Assembly: GCA_050015075.1 (NCBI GenBank)
Contig: JBEKCB010000006.1
Coordinates: forward strand, 96,001-160,000
Direction of reading: 5' to 3'
DNA length: 64,000 bases
Source of the DNA: Candidatus Brocadiia bacterium
GTDB taxonomy: Bacteria > Planctomycetota > Brocadiia > CAIUPP01
Shown here: in pieces, positions 46,886-55,604 of the stretch
Layout: each line of letters opens with the position of its first letter
Position numbering within the stretch: position 1 is the stretch's first letter
The notes under the pieces: generated by a model
Told to the model about the DNA's origin: nothing
Database searches by the model: none
Seen by the model: only the letters and a program-made list of their open reading frames with translations
Made by a program: the position numbers and the translations under genes

Positions 46886-48046
46886 ATGGGAAATCCCGAG
46901 CCGACGAACGGGCAGCCGACGGATGCCGAACTGCGCCGGTCGCGGCGGAATTTTCTCGTCGCGGCGGGCACGGTGGGCGCCGGGATGCTGTTGACCGGCG
47001 CCGGCGGCATCGCGGCGGCGGCGGATGAGAAGAATGCCGGGGAAAGGAGCGGGCCAGTGGCTGAGCGACATACCCTCAACGTGCGGGATTTCGGCGCAAC
47101 CGGAGACGGCAAGACTGACGATACCAAGGCGATTCAGAAGGCCTTGGATTCCGCGGCCGGCACCCAGGGAACGGTCTTCGTGCCGGAGGGCTCGTACATG
47201 TCCGGGGAACTGCGGATGTCTCCCGGCACAGCGCTTTGCGGCTTTCCGGTATGGAGTTATCGCCACAGCCAGGGCGCCGTCATTCGCCTGAACGACAGCG
47301 CCGCGAAGTGCCTGTTGAATCTCACAGGGGCCTACGGCGCGATGGTCAATGGAGTCTGCTTTCATGGCGGCAGACTCGGCGGCGACGGCCCGATCCACGG
47401 CATCATGATTGACAAGCCGGATTACGGCTCGCAGGAGGACACGCCGCGGATTGACGGGTGCCGCGTCGAGCAGTTCACCGGCGATGGCATTCGTCTTGAG
47501 CGGATCTGGTGCTTCTCCGTCCGGCACAGCCACTCCGTTCACAACGGCGGTTGCGGGCTGCGCGTGCGCGGCTGGGATGGGTTCATCCTGGACAACTGGT
47601 TTTCGGGGAACGCGATGGCCGGTTACGGCGCCTATGACGAGAGCGCCTCGAACACGCTGACCGCAAACCGCATCGAATGGAACCGACAGGGCGGGATATT
47701 GATCCACGGCGGCTCGACTTATAATATCACCGGAAATTACATTGACCGTTCCGGCCGATGCGGCATCGCCCTGCTGCCGAGGGGCGAGAGCCACTGCGGC
47801 GTCATCACCGCGACGGGCAACGTGATCTACCGGAGCGGCAAACCGGACTGGGGCAAAGAGAGCGACTATGACAGCGCGCACGCGCGGTTCGAAGAGGTGC
47901 GCGGCCTAGCCTTCATCGGCAATGCCATGACCGCCGGAAGGGATGACGGCAACCGAGGCGCGTTGTCGCCCGATTACTCGATCGTGGTCCGGCGGCTGGC
48001 CAGCTCGGTCATCAAGGACAACGTCGGCACACTGCAGAAGACCTGA
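46886..48046 (+). CDS. Tat-exported right-handed beta-helix protein (pectate lyase 3/GH28-like N-terminus)
   Basis: SRRNFL Tat signal; NVRDFGATGDGKTDDTKAIQKALD; repeated ITGNYI/TANRI beta-helix motifs. Confidence 0.85.
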   Translation: MGNPEPTNGQPTDAELRRSRRNFLVAAGTVGAGMLLTGAGGIAAAADEKNAGERSGPVAERHTLNVRDFGATGDGKTDDTKAIQKALDSAAGTQGTVFVPEGSYMSGELRMSPGTALCGFPVWSYRHSQGAVIRLNDSAAKCLLNLTGAYGAMVNGVCFHGGRLGGDGPIHGIMIDKPDYGSQEDTPRIDGCRVEQFTGDGIRLERIWCFSVRHSHSVHNGGCGLRVRGWDGFILDNWFSGNAMAGYGAYDESASNTLTANRIEWNRQGGILIHGGSTYNITGNYIDRSGRCGIALLPRGESHCGVITATGNVIYRSGKPDWGKESDYDSAHARFEEVRGLAFIGNAMTAGRDDGNRGALSPDYSIVVRRLASSVIKDNVGTLQKT

Positions 48047-48073
48047 AAGCCCGGCGCGTTTGCGGCGCCGGTC

Positions 48074-48532
48074 CTACCACTCCAGCGCGTTGGGGAACCT
48101 CGGGATGAGGAACTGCTTCTCCTCGATGAGCCCGGCCTGTGAAGAGAGCTTCGCGGTGACGGCGATATCGCCTTCGGGCGGAATCGGGATGACGCAGGTT
48201 CCCTGGCGCGCGCTCGGGGCAAAGCCATAAAGCGACGTGCCGCAGACGATCTGGACTCGAAGCCCGCCAAGCGCGCGAGCGGCGACGTTAAGCGTGAAAT
48301 CCATCGGCAGCGCGACGGCGCCGCCGGACACCAGCTCATCGCGCGGATGGATGTCGAAGGCGTTCTTCTCCTGCGCGGTCACCGATCCGGTTTCAGCCAG
48401 GAACCGGACTTCGAATCCCCGCGGCTGCGGCGGCGTTTGGCAGCCTGCGGCGAGCAGCACGAGCGCCAGGCCGGCCCACCATCGCATGCGCGCCATTCGC
48501 CGCCTTTCGGTTTCAATCGAAGCCGTCTTCAT
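48074..48532 (-). CDS. Hypothetical lipoprotein
   Basis: LVLLAAGC lipobox; start overlaps the upstream stop (ATGA). Confidence 0.65.
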   Translation of the reverse strand: MKTASIETERRRMARMRWWAGLALVLLAAGCQTPPQPRGFEVRFLAETGSVTAQEKNAFDIHPRDELVSGGAVALPMDFTLNVAARALGGLRVQIVCGTSLYGFAPSARQGTCVIPIPPEGDIAVTAKLSSQAGLIEEKQFLIPRFPNALEW

Positions 48533-50436
48533 CTCGCCACGTCCATCAACTTGAGAATATGCCACGCCAGCCGGCCGCGCCAGATTTGGGCGGTATCGGG
48601 CGAGACGACCGTCACCGTATCGCGCTCATTGATCGAGAACCGTGCGACCATATCCGCCAGCTCCTGCCGCGCCACCGCCACGTCCTCCGGCTTCGCGCCC
48701 TGCTTCTCGCGACAGAGACGTTCGAGCGTCCGCACGTAGCGCACGTCGTCCACCGCCGCGCGAAAACCTTCCCACGCCACCGTCGGCAGCGGTCCGTCCG
48801 GGCTCGGATACGCGAACGACTCGTGCGCGCCGGGCGCATCGAACGGCGCCGGTGTGCCGTCTCCGGGACGAGACGCCCCCGTTTGGCTCGATTCGCCGGT
48901 GAACAAGTCGTCGTACATGCCGCCGGGTCCCGGCCACTGATACGCCCATTCCAGCGCGCCGGCGGCGCCGATGCGCAACAGGTACCAGCCGAACCGCATG
49001 CGGTTGAAATGAGCGTCCGTGAAGCTGGCCGCGCCGCAAATCCAGACCTGTTGCACGCCGGCTGCCTTGTCCTCGTCGAGGACCTGCGGTCCGAGAATAT
49101 CCTTGTGGCAGGCCACATCCAGCTTGCCTCTGAACCGGCCGGACTGGTCCTCGCCATGAGACCCGCCGTTGACGAACAGGAACGTGAGGTCGTCGAGTTT
49201 CCGCGCCATCGCCAGGTATCGCCCGCAGGCCCGGCTGAGTTCCTCCGTGTCGCTGGGCCTGCCGAGGACGCAGATGTACGGCTCCGTGAGCTGCGCCTCC
49301 CGGAACCGGCCGACGCCGGCGCCGAGAGCGGCATCATAGACGCGGTCAAACAGCCACGTGCCGGGCTGGGCGCGGTCCGCGTCGAACGGCTTCGGGTCCT
49401 GCTGATTCCTGAGCTGCAGCAGCTCCCGCGAGAGTTCGGCGAAGTCCGCATCTCCGAACCACACGCAGCGGGTCCGATCGAAGCCGGCCTCCCTGGCCGA
49501 GTTCAACTCCTCGTCGAGAGAAACGAACGTAGCCAGAACGCCCTCGCCGGGCTGCGAGGCATCGAAGACCGGCTCGACATCCTCGCCGGTCCCGCGCAAA
49601 GCCAGCCTCATCGGCGACGACACCGTCAGGCAATTCATCCCGTGCTCGCGCTGGTCAACGAGGTGCTTCATCCGCTGGCCGGGAATCACGTCGCCCTCGC
49701 CGAACGCCTTGAGCCAGTCGCGATAGAGCGCGTAGAAGACGCCGTAGCTGATGCCCGGAGGATCGAGTTCGAACGGCAGCACGCGCAGCGCGATCTCGCG
49801 AGTGGCCGAGGGCCGGCCCTTCGCGCGAAATGTCGCCGTGCCGCGATAGACGCCGGGAACCGCGTCCTTCGGCGCGAACAGCGTCACCCAATAGTGGCGC
49901 GTCAGGCCTTTGGTCATCGCGGTCGGATGCGCGGCTTCGAGGATGTCCGGGACGAGACGGTACGTCTTGGCCGCGCGGTCCGCGGCCCGGCGCTGAATCC
50001 AGAGCTGCCGGACGTCAACGTTTTGCGCCCCGAGAAGTTTTCCGCCCGGCCCGACCAGGTCGCTCACGGTGAGCACGGCGTCCTCGAGGTCCTCCAGCGG
50101 GCGGACGCAAAGCAGGATCGGCTCGTATTGCGCGAGCGCCGCGAAGGTGATGATCGGCCGGTCAATTTCGAATCGGAACGGCGCGTCGCAGACCTGCGGC
50201 TCGCCCATCGGATTGCGCGAGAAAAGCACGTAACCGGCGGCGCGCTCCGCATCGGTCAGCGCCGGCATCGCGGCCGCGGCCGGCGTGACGTCCTTCCAGC
50301 CTTTGGGAATTTCGACGCGATCCGCATAACCGGGCACGTGCCGGCCGAGCGCCTGGAAACCCGGCGGCGCTTCCTGCGCGCCGACCGCCGCGCACCAGAG
50401 AATCCCGGCGCCGATCACGCCCCAGTGAATCCGCAT
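48529..50436 (-). CDS. Secreted hypothetical protein, probable glycoside-hydrolase-like (GH123-type architecture)
   Basis: Signal peptide; YWVTLFAPKDAVPGVYRG..LRVLPFEL, HGMN, WEGFRAAVDDVRY. Confidence 0.65.
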   Translation of the reverse strand: MRIHWGVIGAGILWCAAVGAQEAPPGFQALGRHVPGYADRVEIPKGWKDVTPAAAAMPALTDAERAAGYVLFSRNPMGEPQVCDAPFRFEIDRPIITFAALAQYEPILLCVRPLEDLEDAVLTVSDLVGPGGKLLGAQNVDVRQLWIQRRAADRAAKTYRLVPDILEAAHPTAMTKGLTRHYWVTLFAPKDAVPGVYRGTATFRAKGRPSATREIALRVLPFELDPPGISYGVFYALYRDWLKAFGEGDVIPGQRMKHLVDQREHGMNCLTVSSPMRLALRGTGEDVEPVFDASQPGEGVLATFVSLDEELNSAREAGFDRTRCVWFGDADFAELSRELLQLRNQQDPKPFDADRAQPGTWLFDRVYDAALGAGVGRFREAQLTEPYICVLGRPSDTEELSRACGRYLAMARKLDDLTFLFVNGGSHGEDQSGRFRGKLDVACHKDILGPQVLDEDKAAGVQQVWICGAASFTDAHFNRMRFGWYLLRIGAAGALEWAYQWPGPGGMYDDLFTGESSQTGASRPGDGTPAPFDAPGAHESFAYPSPDGPLPTVAWEGFRAAVDDVRYVRTLERLCREKQGAKPEDVAVARQELADMVARFSINERDTVTVVSPDTAQIWRGRLAWHILKLMDVAR

Positions 50437-50598
50437 CTCGCTATCGTCCTCGCTCGCCCCGTGCCAGCGTCCGGAAGACCTCGGATGCGGGGAATCTTAC
50501 ATCCCGCCGTCGCAAACATCAAGATCCCTATCCGCTCGCTTCAGCCTTCCCGCAGCCTTGGAACGCTTCGCAACACCGACAGAAGACCGAAAAAACAC

Positions 50599-50625
50599 TT
50601 GACAGCGGCAATCCGACCGTATAAT
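50599..50625 (+). promoter_or_regulatory. Sigma70 promoter upstream of the FeeM-like gene
   Basis: TTGACA-15 bp-TATAAT (or 17 bp-TAATCT). Confidence 0.6.
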
Positions 50626-50729
50626 CTGGTCTTTGGCAGCCGACTGTCCTTGGGAGGACGGTCAAAACGGGAATCCCTGTCGAACTGGGGACGTACTGTC
50701 CTTCCCGCTGTGTAGGACGTGCCTTATTC

Positions 50730-51566
50730 ATGATCTCGAAGGATAGCGCAACGCCCGCCGAGATGCACGAGGGGGGAAACGGCGACCTCGTGATCCGGCC
50801 GGCGCATGACCGCGCCGAACTCGAAGGCGCCTACGAGCTGGTCTATCACAATTATCGCCCCCGCGAGTACATTCCCGCCAATCCTTTCGGCCTTCGCCTC
50901 ACGATTTTCAACGCGTTTCCGAGCAGCGTAACTTTCGTCGGCGTCATCCACAACCAGGTGATCGCCACGGTGTCCCTGATTCCCGACACGCCGATCGGGC
51001 TGCCCATGGACGAAATCTATCGCGAAGAAGTCCAGGCCCTGCGCGATGCCGGCCGGCGGCTGGTCGAGGTCACGATGCTCGCCGACCGGCGCCTGACGAT
51101 CCGGCGCTCGCTGGCGACGGTGCTGACGCTCATGAAGCTCGTCTTCGACTGCGCAGCCCTGTCGTTGAAAGCCACCGATCTGTGCATCACGGTCAACCCG
51201 CATCACGACAAGTTCTACCATGAGTACCTGCTCTTCAGCCCGCTCGGCGGGTTGCGCGCCTATCCGAGCGTGAGCGGCAATCCCGCCATCGCCCGGCGGC
51301 AGGACCTGGAGCGCGTCGAGGAGGAATTCCGGCGCCGACGACCGTCGCTGCTGCACCGCTTTTTCGAGGACCGGACGCCCACGAGCCTGTTCGAACAGCG
51401 GTATCACATGACGGCCGCCGACCTGCGCTACTTCTTCGTCGAACGCACGCACATCTTCCAGGAGTCGCCCCCCTACATGCTGAACCGGCTGCGAGATTGC
51501 TACCCGGATTTCGACTGGGACGCGCTGGGGGCCGGTCAGTTCAGCGGAGCGCACGGCGCTTCCTGA
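50730..51566 (+). CDS. N-acyl amino acid synthase FeeM-like protein (GNAT-like fold)
   Basis: AYELVY..Y, TVSLIPDTPIGLPMDEIY, LVEVTMLA and ITVNPHHDKFY motifs. Confidence 0.72.
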   Translation: MISKDSATPAEMHEGGNGDLVIRPAHDRAELEGAYELVYHNYRPREYIPANPFGLRLTIFNAFPSSVTFVGVIHNQVIATVSLIPDTPIGLPMDEIYREEVQALRDAGRRLVEVTMLADRRLTIRRSLATVLTLMKLVFDCAALSLKATDLCITVNPHHDKFYHEYLLFSPLGGLRAYPSVSGNPAIARRQDLERVEEEFRRRRPSLLHRFFEDRTPTSLFEQRYHMTAADLRYFFVERTHIFQESPPYMLNRLRDCYPDFDWDALGAGQFSGAHGAS

Positions 51567-51573
51567 ATGGCCG

Positions 51574-51689
51574 GGGACAGTGGGGCTCTTGAAAAAGTCT
51601 GTTTGTCATTCCCGCTTGCGCGGGAACGACGCAGCGCAGACGCGGTACGAGCGGGTTCTTCCGACGGCTTTTTCAGCAGCCCCTGTCCC
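51574..51689. repeat. Second copy of the nested palindromic element seen at 37021-37166
   Basis: ggggctcttgaaaaa ... gtcattcccgcttgcgcgggaacgac ... tttttcagcagcccc. Confidence 0.78.
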
Positions 51690-51737
51690 TGAAAAACCGA
51701 AGGCCGTCGTCCCGTCGTCTTACGGCATACTCCGTAT

Positions 51738-52790
51738 CTATCTCGCCGGCGGGATCTCCTTCAAGCGTTCCACGATCGTCTCCACGCGGATTTTCTTCAT
51801 CCCCTCCGCGCTGAGTTTCTTGTCCGGCTGGAAGGTTTCATAGCTCTCGTCCGGCGGGAGGACAGTGTTCGACTTCTCCCGCGCGTACGGTCCCCAGCGC
51901 ATCGGGTGGCAGGCCGGGACGGTGCAATAGAAACCGAGCAGCCGCCGGTTGAACGCCCGCGCGATGTGCAGCGGGCCGGTGCTGTTCGAGAGGAACAGGT
52001 CGCAGCCGGAAACCAGCGCGACGAGGTCGGAGAGCGAAAAAGCCCCCGTCGCATCCACAAGCCGGCGCTTCGCGGCGGAGGCCAGGCCGCGATACAGCGC
52101 GGATTCGTCGGAGGTCCCGGTGACGATGACCTCGCCTGGAAACTCAAACGCGTCCATGAGCTTCCCGAAAGTCTCCAGCGGAAGGTCCACGGCGCTTTGG
52201 CCGCTGCCGGGATGGACGATGGTGTAACGAGTGATCTTCCTCGCGTCGAGGAATCGGCGGACGCGCAGGAGCGCCTGATCGTCGGGCCGCAGGCGGAAAT
52301 CCACTTCCTCGCGCGCCGGGACCGGGACGTATCCGCGGATCATGTCGAGATTGTAATCCAACTCGTGCCGCTTCGGCTGCCGGCGGCGCTGGAAGACCGG
52401 CACGTTGTAGCGCCAGGAGTGCAGGCGCAGGCCGCTGCCCATCCGGAACGGAATCTTAGCGTCCCAGACGAGCCGCGCCACGTCGTCCTTGCTGTGGACG
52501 ACGATGGCCAGATCGTACTTCTCCGACCGGATTTCGCGCAGGCATTGGTCGTATGCCGCGCGATCTTTCAGCGAGTCCGGGACGACCACGACCTTGTCCA
52601 CGTCGGGATGGCCCGCCGCCAGAGGCGCGGTGTAGCCCCGGAGCAGGAAGTGCACTGCAGCCTGCGGGAACCGCCGCCGGATCGCCGTGGCCATCGGCAG
52701 AGTCAGCACGACGTCGCCGATCCGGTCGTTGCGGACGATCAGGATTCTCTGCGCCCTGTCGAATCGAAAGCCGCCGCCGAAGATTCTCAT
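51738..52790 (-). CDS. Glycosyltransferase family 9 (LPS heptosyltransferase-like)
   Basis: ILIVRNDRIGDVVLTLP, HPGSG, SNSTGPLHIA, RWGP. Confidence 0.9.
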   Translation of the reverse strand: MRIFGGGFRFDRAQRILIVRNDRIGDVVLTLPMATAIRRRFPQAAVHFLLRGYTAPLAAGHPDVDKVVVVPDSLKDRAAYDQCLREIRSEKYDLAIVVHSKDDVARLVWDAKIPFRMGSGLRLHSWRYNVPVFQRRRQPKRHELDYNLDMIRGYVPVPAREEVDFRLRPDDQALLRVRRFLDARKITRYTIVHPGSGQSAVDLPLETFGKLMDAFEFPGEVIVTGTSDESALYRGLASAAKRRLVDATGAFSLSDLVALVSGCDLFLSNSTGPLHIARAFNRRLLGFYCTVPACHPMRWGPYAREKSNTVLPPDESYETFQPDKKLSAEGMKKIRVETIVERLKEIPPAR

Positions 52791-52806
52791 GCCGGGCCCG
52801 TCCGCC

Positions 52807-52834
52807 TTGACTCCTGTGAGCGGGAGATTATAAT
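52807..52834 (+). promoter_or_regulatory. Promoter of tRNA-Gln
   Basis: TTGACT-16 bp-TATAAT. Confidence 0.65.
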
Positions 52835-52850
52835 AGACTCCAGCCTGCGC

Positions 52851-52924
52851 TGAGGATTGGTGTAATGGTAACACACCTGACTCTGGATCAGGCATTCCAG
52901 GTTCGAGTCCTGGATCCTCAGCCA
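52851..52924 (+). tRNA. tRNA-Gln(CTG)
   Basis: tgaggat/atcctca acceptor stem, tggtgtaatggtaacac D-arm, ct-CTG-ga anticodon loop, ggttcgagtcc, encoded CCA. Confidence 0.96.
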
Positions 52925-53022
52925 TTCGACTCGCTTCGCTCGCTCATGGCCTTCGGCCGGACAGCGGGCGAGGCGAGTTGCATTTTAAGGCCGGCGAGTC
53001 CGGGAGGCAAGCGAGTCGAATG
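52923..53022. repeat. Palindromic REP-like element after tRNA-Gln
   Basis: cattcgactcgcttcgctcgctca with complementary arms at about 52963-52978 and 53009-53022. Confidence 0.7.
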
Positions 53023-53074
53023 ACCCGGGTTCGCACAAACCTTCGCGAGGTTGATTTGGAAAATCCCGATTGAC

Positions 53075-54043
53075 ATGACCGGACGAGAACGAGTGCTGAG
53101 TTGCGTGCGGCGGACGGGACCGGATCGGACACCGTACTTGCGCTGGGATGATTTTGCCAGGACTGACATCGTTGCGGCCTGGGCGCGGTACGCCGGGAAC
53201 CCGGCGCCGATTCGTCGCGAATGGGTGGACGAATGGGGTTGCCGATGGGAAACGCTGGACACTACCGCCGGTCACGTCGCGGGGCACCCGATCGCGTCGG
53301 CGGCCGATTATGCGGCCTACCGACTTCCTGAACCGCAGTTGGACCTGGCGGGTCTGCGGGCCAACCGGGCCGAGTATCCCGACCGAGCGTGCAGCGGCGG
53401 GCTGAGTTTCTTCTTTTTCGAACGGCTCGAGAAACTGCGGGAGTTCCGCGAGGCGATGATGGATCTCGCCGCCGAGCGCGAAACGCTGGAGGCGTTCCTC
53501 GACCGGCTGCAGGCGTACTACATCGCGATGGTGGACGCGTACGCCGCAAGCGGGACGGTGGACATCATCTGCGTCAACGAGGACCTCGGCTTGCAGGACC
53601 GGCTGACGATTTCGCCGGCGATGTGGCGCGAAGTGTTCAAGCCGCGCTGCCAGGCGGTATACAACCGCGCGCACGAACACGGCTTGCTGGTGTTTCAACA
53701 TAGCTGCGGCTACGTGCAGGACATCATCAGCGACCTGTCCGAGATCGGCGTGGACATCCTGGAGCTGCAGCAGTTGAACTGCATGGACATGGACGCCGTG
53801 GCCGCCGCGCGCGGCCGGATGTGCATCACGGCGCCGGTGGACATTCAAGCGGTATTGCCGACCGGCGACTGGGAACGGATCGCCGAATTTCAAGCCCGGT
53901 TGTTCCGCGTCTTCGACCGGCCGGAAGGCGGGTTCATACCGCAAATCTACAGCGACTTATTGTCCCTGGGTGTTTCGGCGGAACTCGGCGGGCAACTGCA
54001 GAAATTGATTTTCCATCTGTGCGATTGGAGAAAGCAGCGCTGA
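53075..54043 (+). CDS. URO-D/methylcobamide methyltransferase-like family protein
   Basis: MTGRERV..PDRTP, DEWGCRW, EDLGLQDRLTISP, QHSCG, VDIQ, GGFI. Confidence 0.85.
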   Translation: MTGRERVLSCVRRTGPDRTPYLRWDDFARTDIVAAWARYAGNPAPIRREWVDEWGCRWETLDTTAGHVAGHPIASAADYAAYRLPEPQLDLAGLRANRAEYPDRACSGGLSFFFFERLEKLREFREAMMDLAAERETLEAFLDRLQAYYIAMVDAYAASGTVDIICVNEDLGLQDRLTISPAMWREVFKPRCQAVYNRAHEHGLLVFQHSCGYVQDIISDLSEIGVDILELQQLNCMDMDAVAAARGRMCITAPVDIQAVLPTGDWERIAEFQARLFRVFDRPEGGFIPQIYSDLLSLGVSAELGGQLQKLIFHLCDWRKQR

Positions 54044-54198
54044 AGCCGACTCAATGAAGGTAGTACCGCCAGAGGAACCCAAACCGCACGTGCGGGAATG
54101 CGATCGCGTAATACGCCGGCATGGAGAAAAAGCGGGTGATCGGCGGGAGTCCGCCGTTTCGCGCACACTGAGCGGCCTCTACCGCGCAGCGCGGGAAC

Positions 54199-55545
54199 TC
54201 AATCGCGACTGTTCCGCATCGCGAACTCGCGAATGCGGTTCTCCAAGTCGCTGCGCAGGAACCAGTAACAGAACTCGCCGCGCTTGGCGCCCTGCTTCTG
54301 GAAAAGGCGTTGATGAGGACATCCTCCGGCGCATTGCGGAAGGACCGGACAATTCCGGCATTCCTTGTGATCGAACCAGTCATAGGTCAGCCACGGGATC
54401 ATGTTGCTGAGTTCAACGTCGGTGTCGAATACGGAGCCATAGGCGCGGTCCGACAGTCCCAGGTCTTCGGGGCACTTGTAGAGCAACCCGTCGGGACCGA
54501 CGGCCACGCTGGAGGCGGCCGTCGCCATGCAGCCCGCCTGCAGCTTGAGATACAGCCGCTCGATGGGCAAGCCCAGCTCGTCCGCTCTTTTGCGCTCGCG
54601 CGCCAGGATGTGGACGTATTCCCCGGAGCCGAGCAGCCCCGAGCAGGCGCCGCGTCCGCACTCGGGCTGGCGGACGTTGGCGAAATAGAGCGCCTGGAGT
54701 TTCTTCGAGAGACCCCGACTGAGCAGCGCCCTGTAAAGAGCCTGAATCTCCGCCTCGTCGTCGCGGGAGATATTGATGCGGAGGACGACCTCCAGCGCGT
54801 CGGACAACATGCACGCGCCGTCGAGCGCCTGGTCGAGCGTGTCCCGGCCGCGCCGGTCGCGCTTCTCCGAACTCGGGATGTCCACCGTGACCTGGGCGCG
54901 GCCGACGCGGCATGCCTTGAGCCTCTTTGCCGTGGCGGGGCGAACGAGGGTGCCGTTCGTCTGCATGTGCGCCGCGTAGCCGATGCTCGCTTTGTCCAAC
55001 GCAGGCAGCAGCAGCCGGCTGACGCGCTCGATCGTGTCCAGGCCAAGCAAGGGTTCCCCGCCGAACCAGGTCAGCTCGATCCGCCGGACTTGCCGCGCCT
55101 GGCCGGCGACAAAGCGGACCACGGCGTCCGTAGTCCGGCGGTCCATGGTCTTGCGGGTTGAAAGGGATTGGGCGAGCCCCTCGAAGCAATAGTCGCATCG
55201 AAGATTGCACGCCAGGGTCGGAGTGAGGTACACGCCGAGACAGTCTCGGGAATAGCGCCGGCTGAGGTATCGAACCCGGACGACGTCCACTTCATCCACC
55301 CCCTGCGGGACCAGGAACCCCTTCTCGCTCAACAGGCGGGCGGTCTTGTCGGTCCGCGCGGCGGCCGGAGAATGCACGGCGCCGGGAGTCAGAAACCGCC
55401 GCCACGCAGCGGTCTCCAACTGGATCAGCGCAGCGGAAAAGGTGTTGAAGACGGCCTTCTGCCCGCCGGGAAGGTCCACGGACACATTGAACCGCGAAGG
55501 CGCCCACGTCCGGGTTGCGGAGGCGTTGCCCGCCGTAGCTGTCAT
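54199..55545 (-). CDS. Radical SAM/SPASM peptide maturase (paralog 2)
   Basis: CNLRCDYC, WFGGEP, TNG, QVTVD; 7-Cys SPASM (AGC, YKC, CRNCPVLPQCAGGC, FC); N-terminal PSRFN...FNTFS RRE-like region. Confidence 0.92.
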   Translation of the reverse strand: MTATAGNASATRTWAPSRFNVSVDLPGGQKAVFNTFSAALIQLETAAWRRFLTPGAVHSPAAARTDKTARLLSEKGFLVPQGVDEVDVVRVRYLSRRYSRDCLGVYLTPTLACNLRCDYCFEGLAQSLSTRKTMDRRTTDAVVRFVAGQARQVRRIELTWFGGEPLLGLDTIERVSRLLLPALDKASIGYAAHMQTNGTLVRPATAKRLKACRVGRAQVTVDIPSSEKRDRRGRDTLDQALDGACMLSDALEVVLRINISRDDEAEIQALYRALLSRGLSKKLQALYFANVRQPECGRGACSGLLGSGEYVHILARERKRADELGLPIERLYLKLQAGCMATAASSVAVGPDGLLYKCPEDLGLSDRAYGSVFDTDVELSNMIPWLTYDWFDHKECRNCPVLPQCAGGCPHQRLFQKQGAKRGEFCYWFLRSDLENRIREFAMRNSRD

Positions 55546-55604
55546 CCGAAGCTCTCCTAGGAATTCAGTGGATCGCCGCGCGGCGAATCCGCTGAGAGTC
55601 CGCG

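Noticed and set aside
52851-52924. tRNA-Gln as a possible amber suppressor for the hflC TAG
   Set aside because: The anticodon reads CTG, not CTA; it is a normal Gln tRNA.
51738-52925. 395-aa GT9 ORF starting at 52925
   Set aside because: The extension runs antisense through tRNA-Gln; the real start is most likely 52790.
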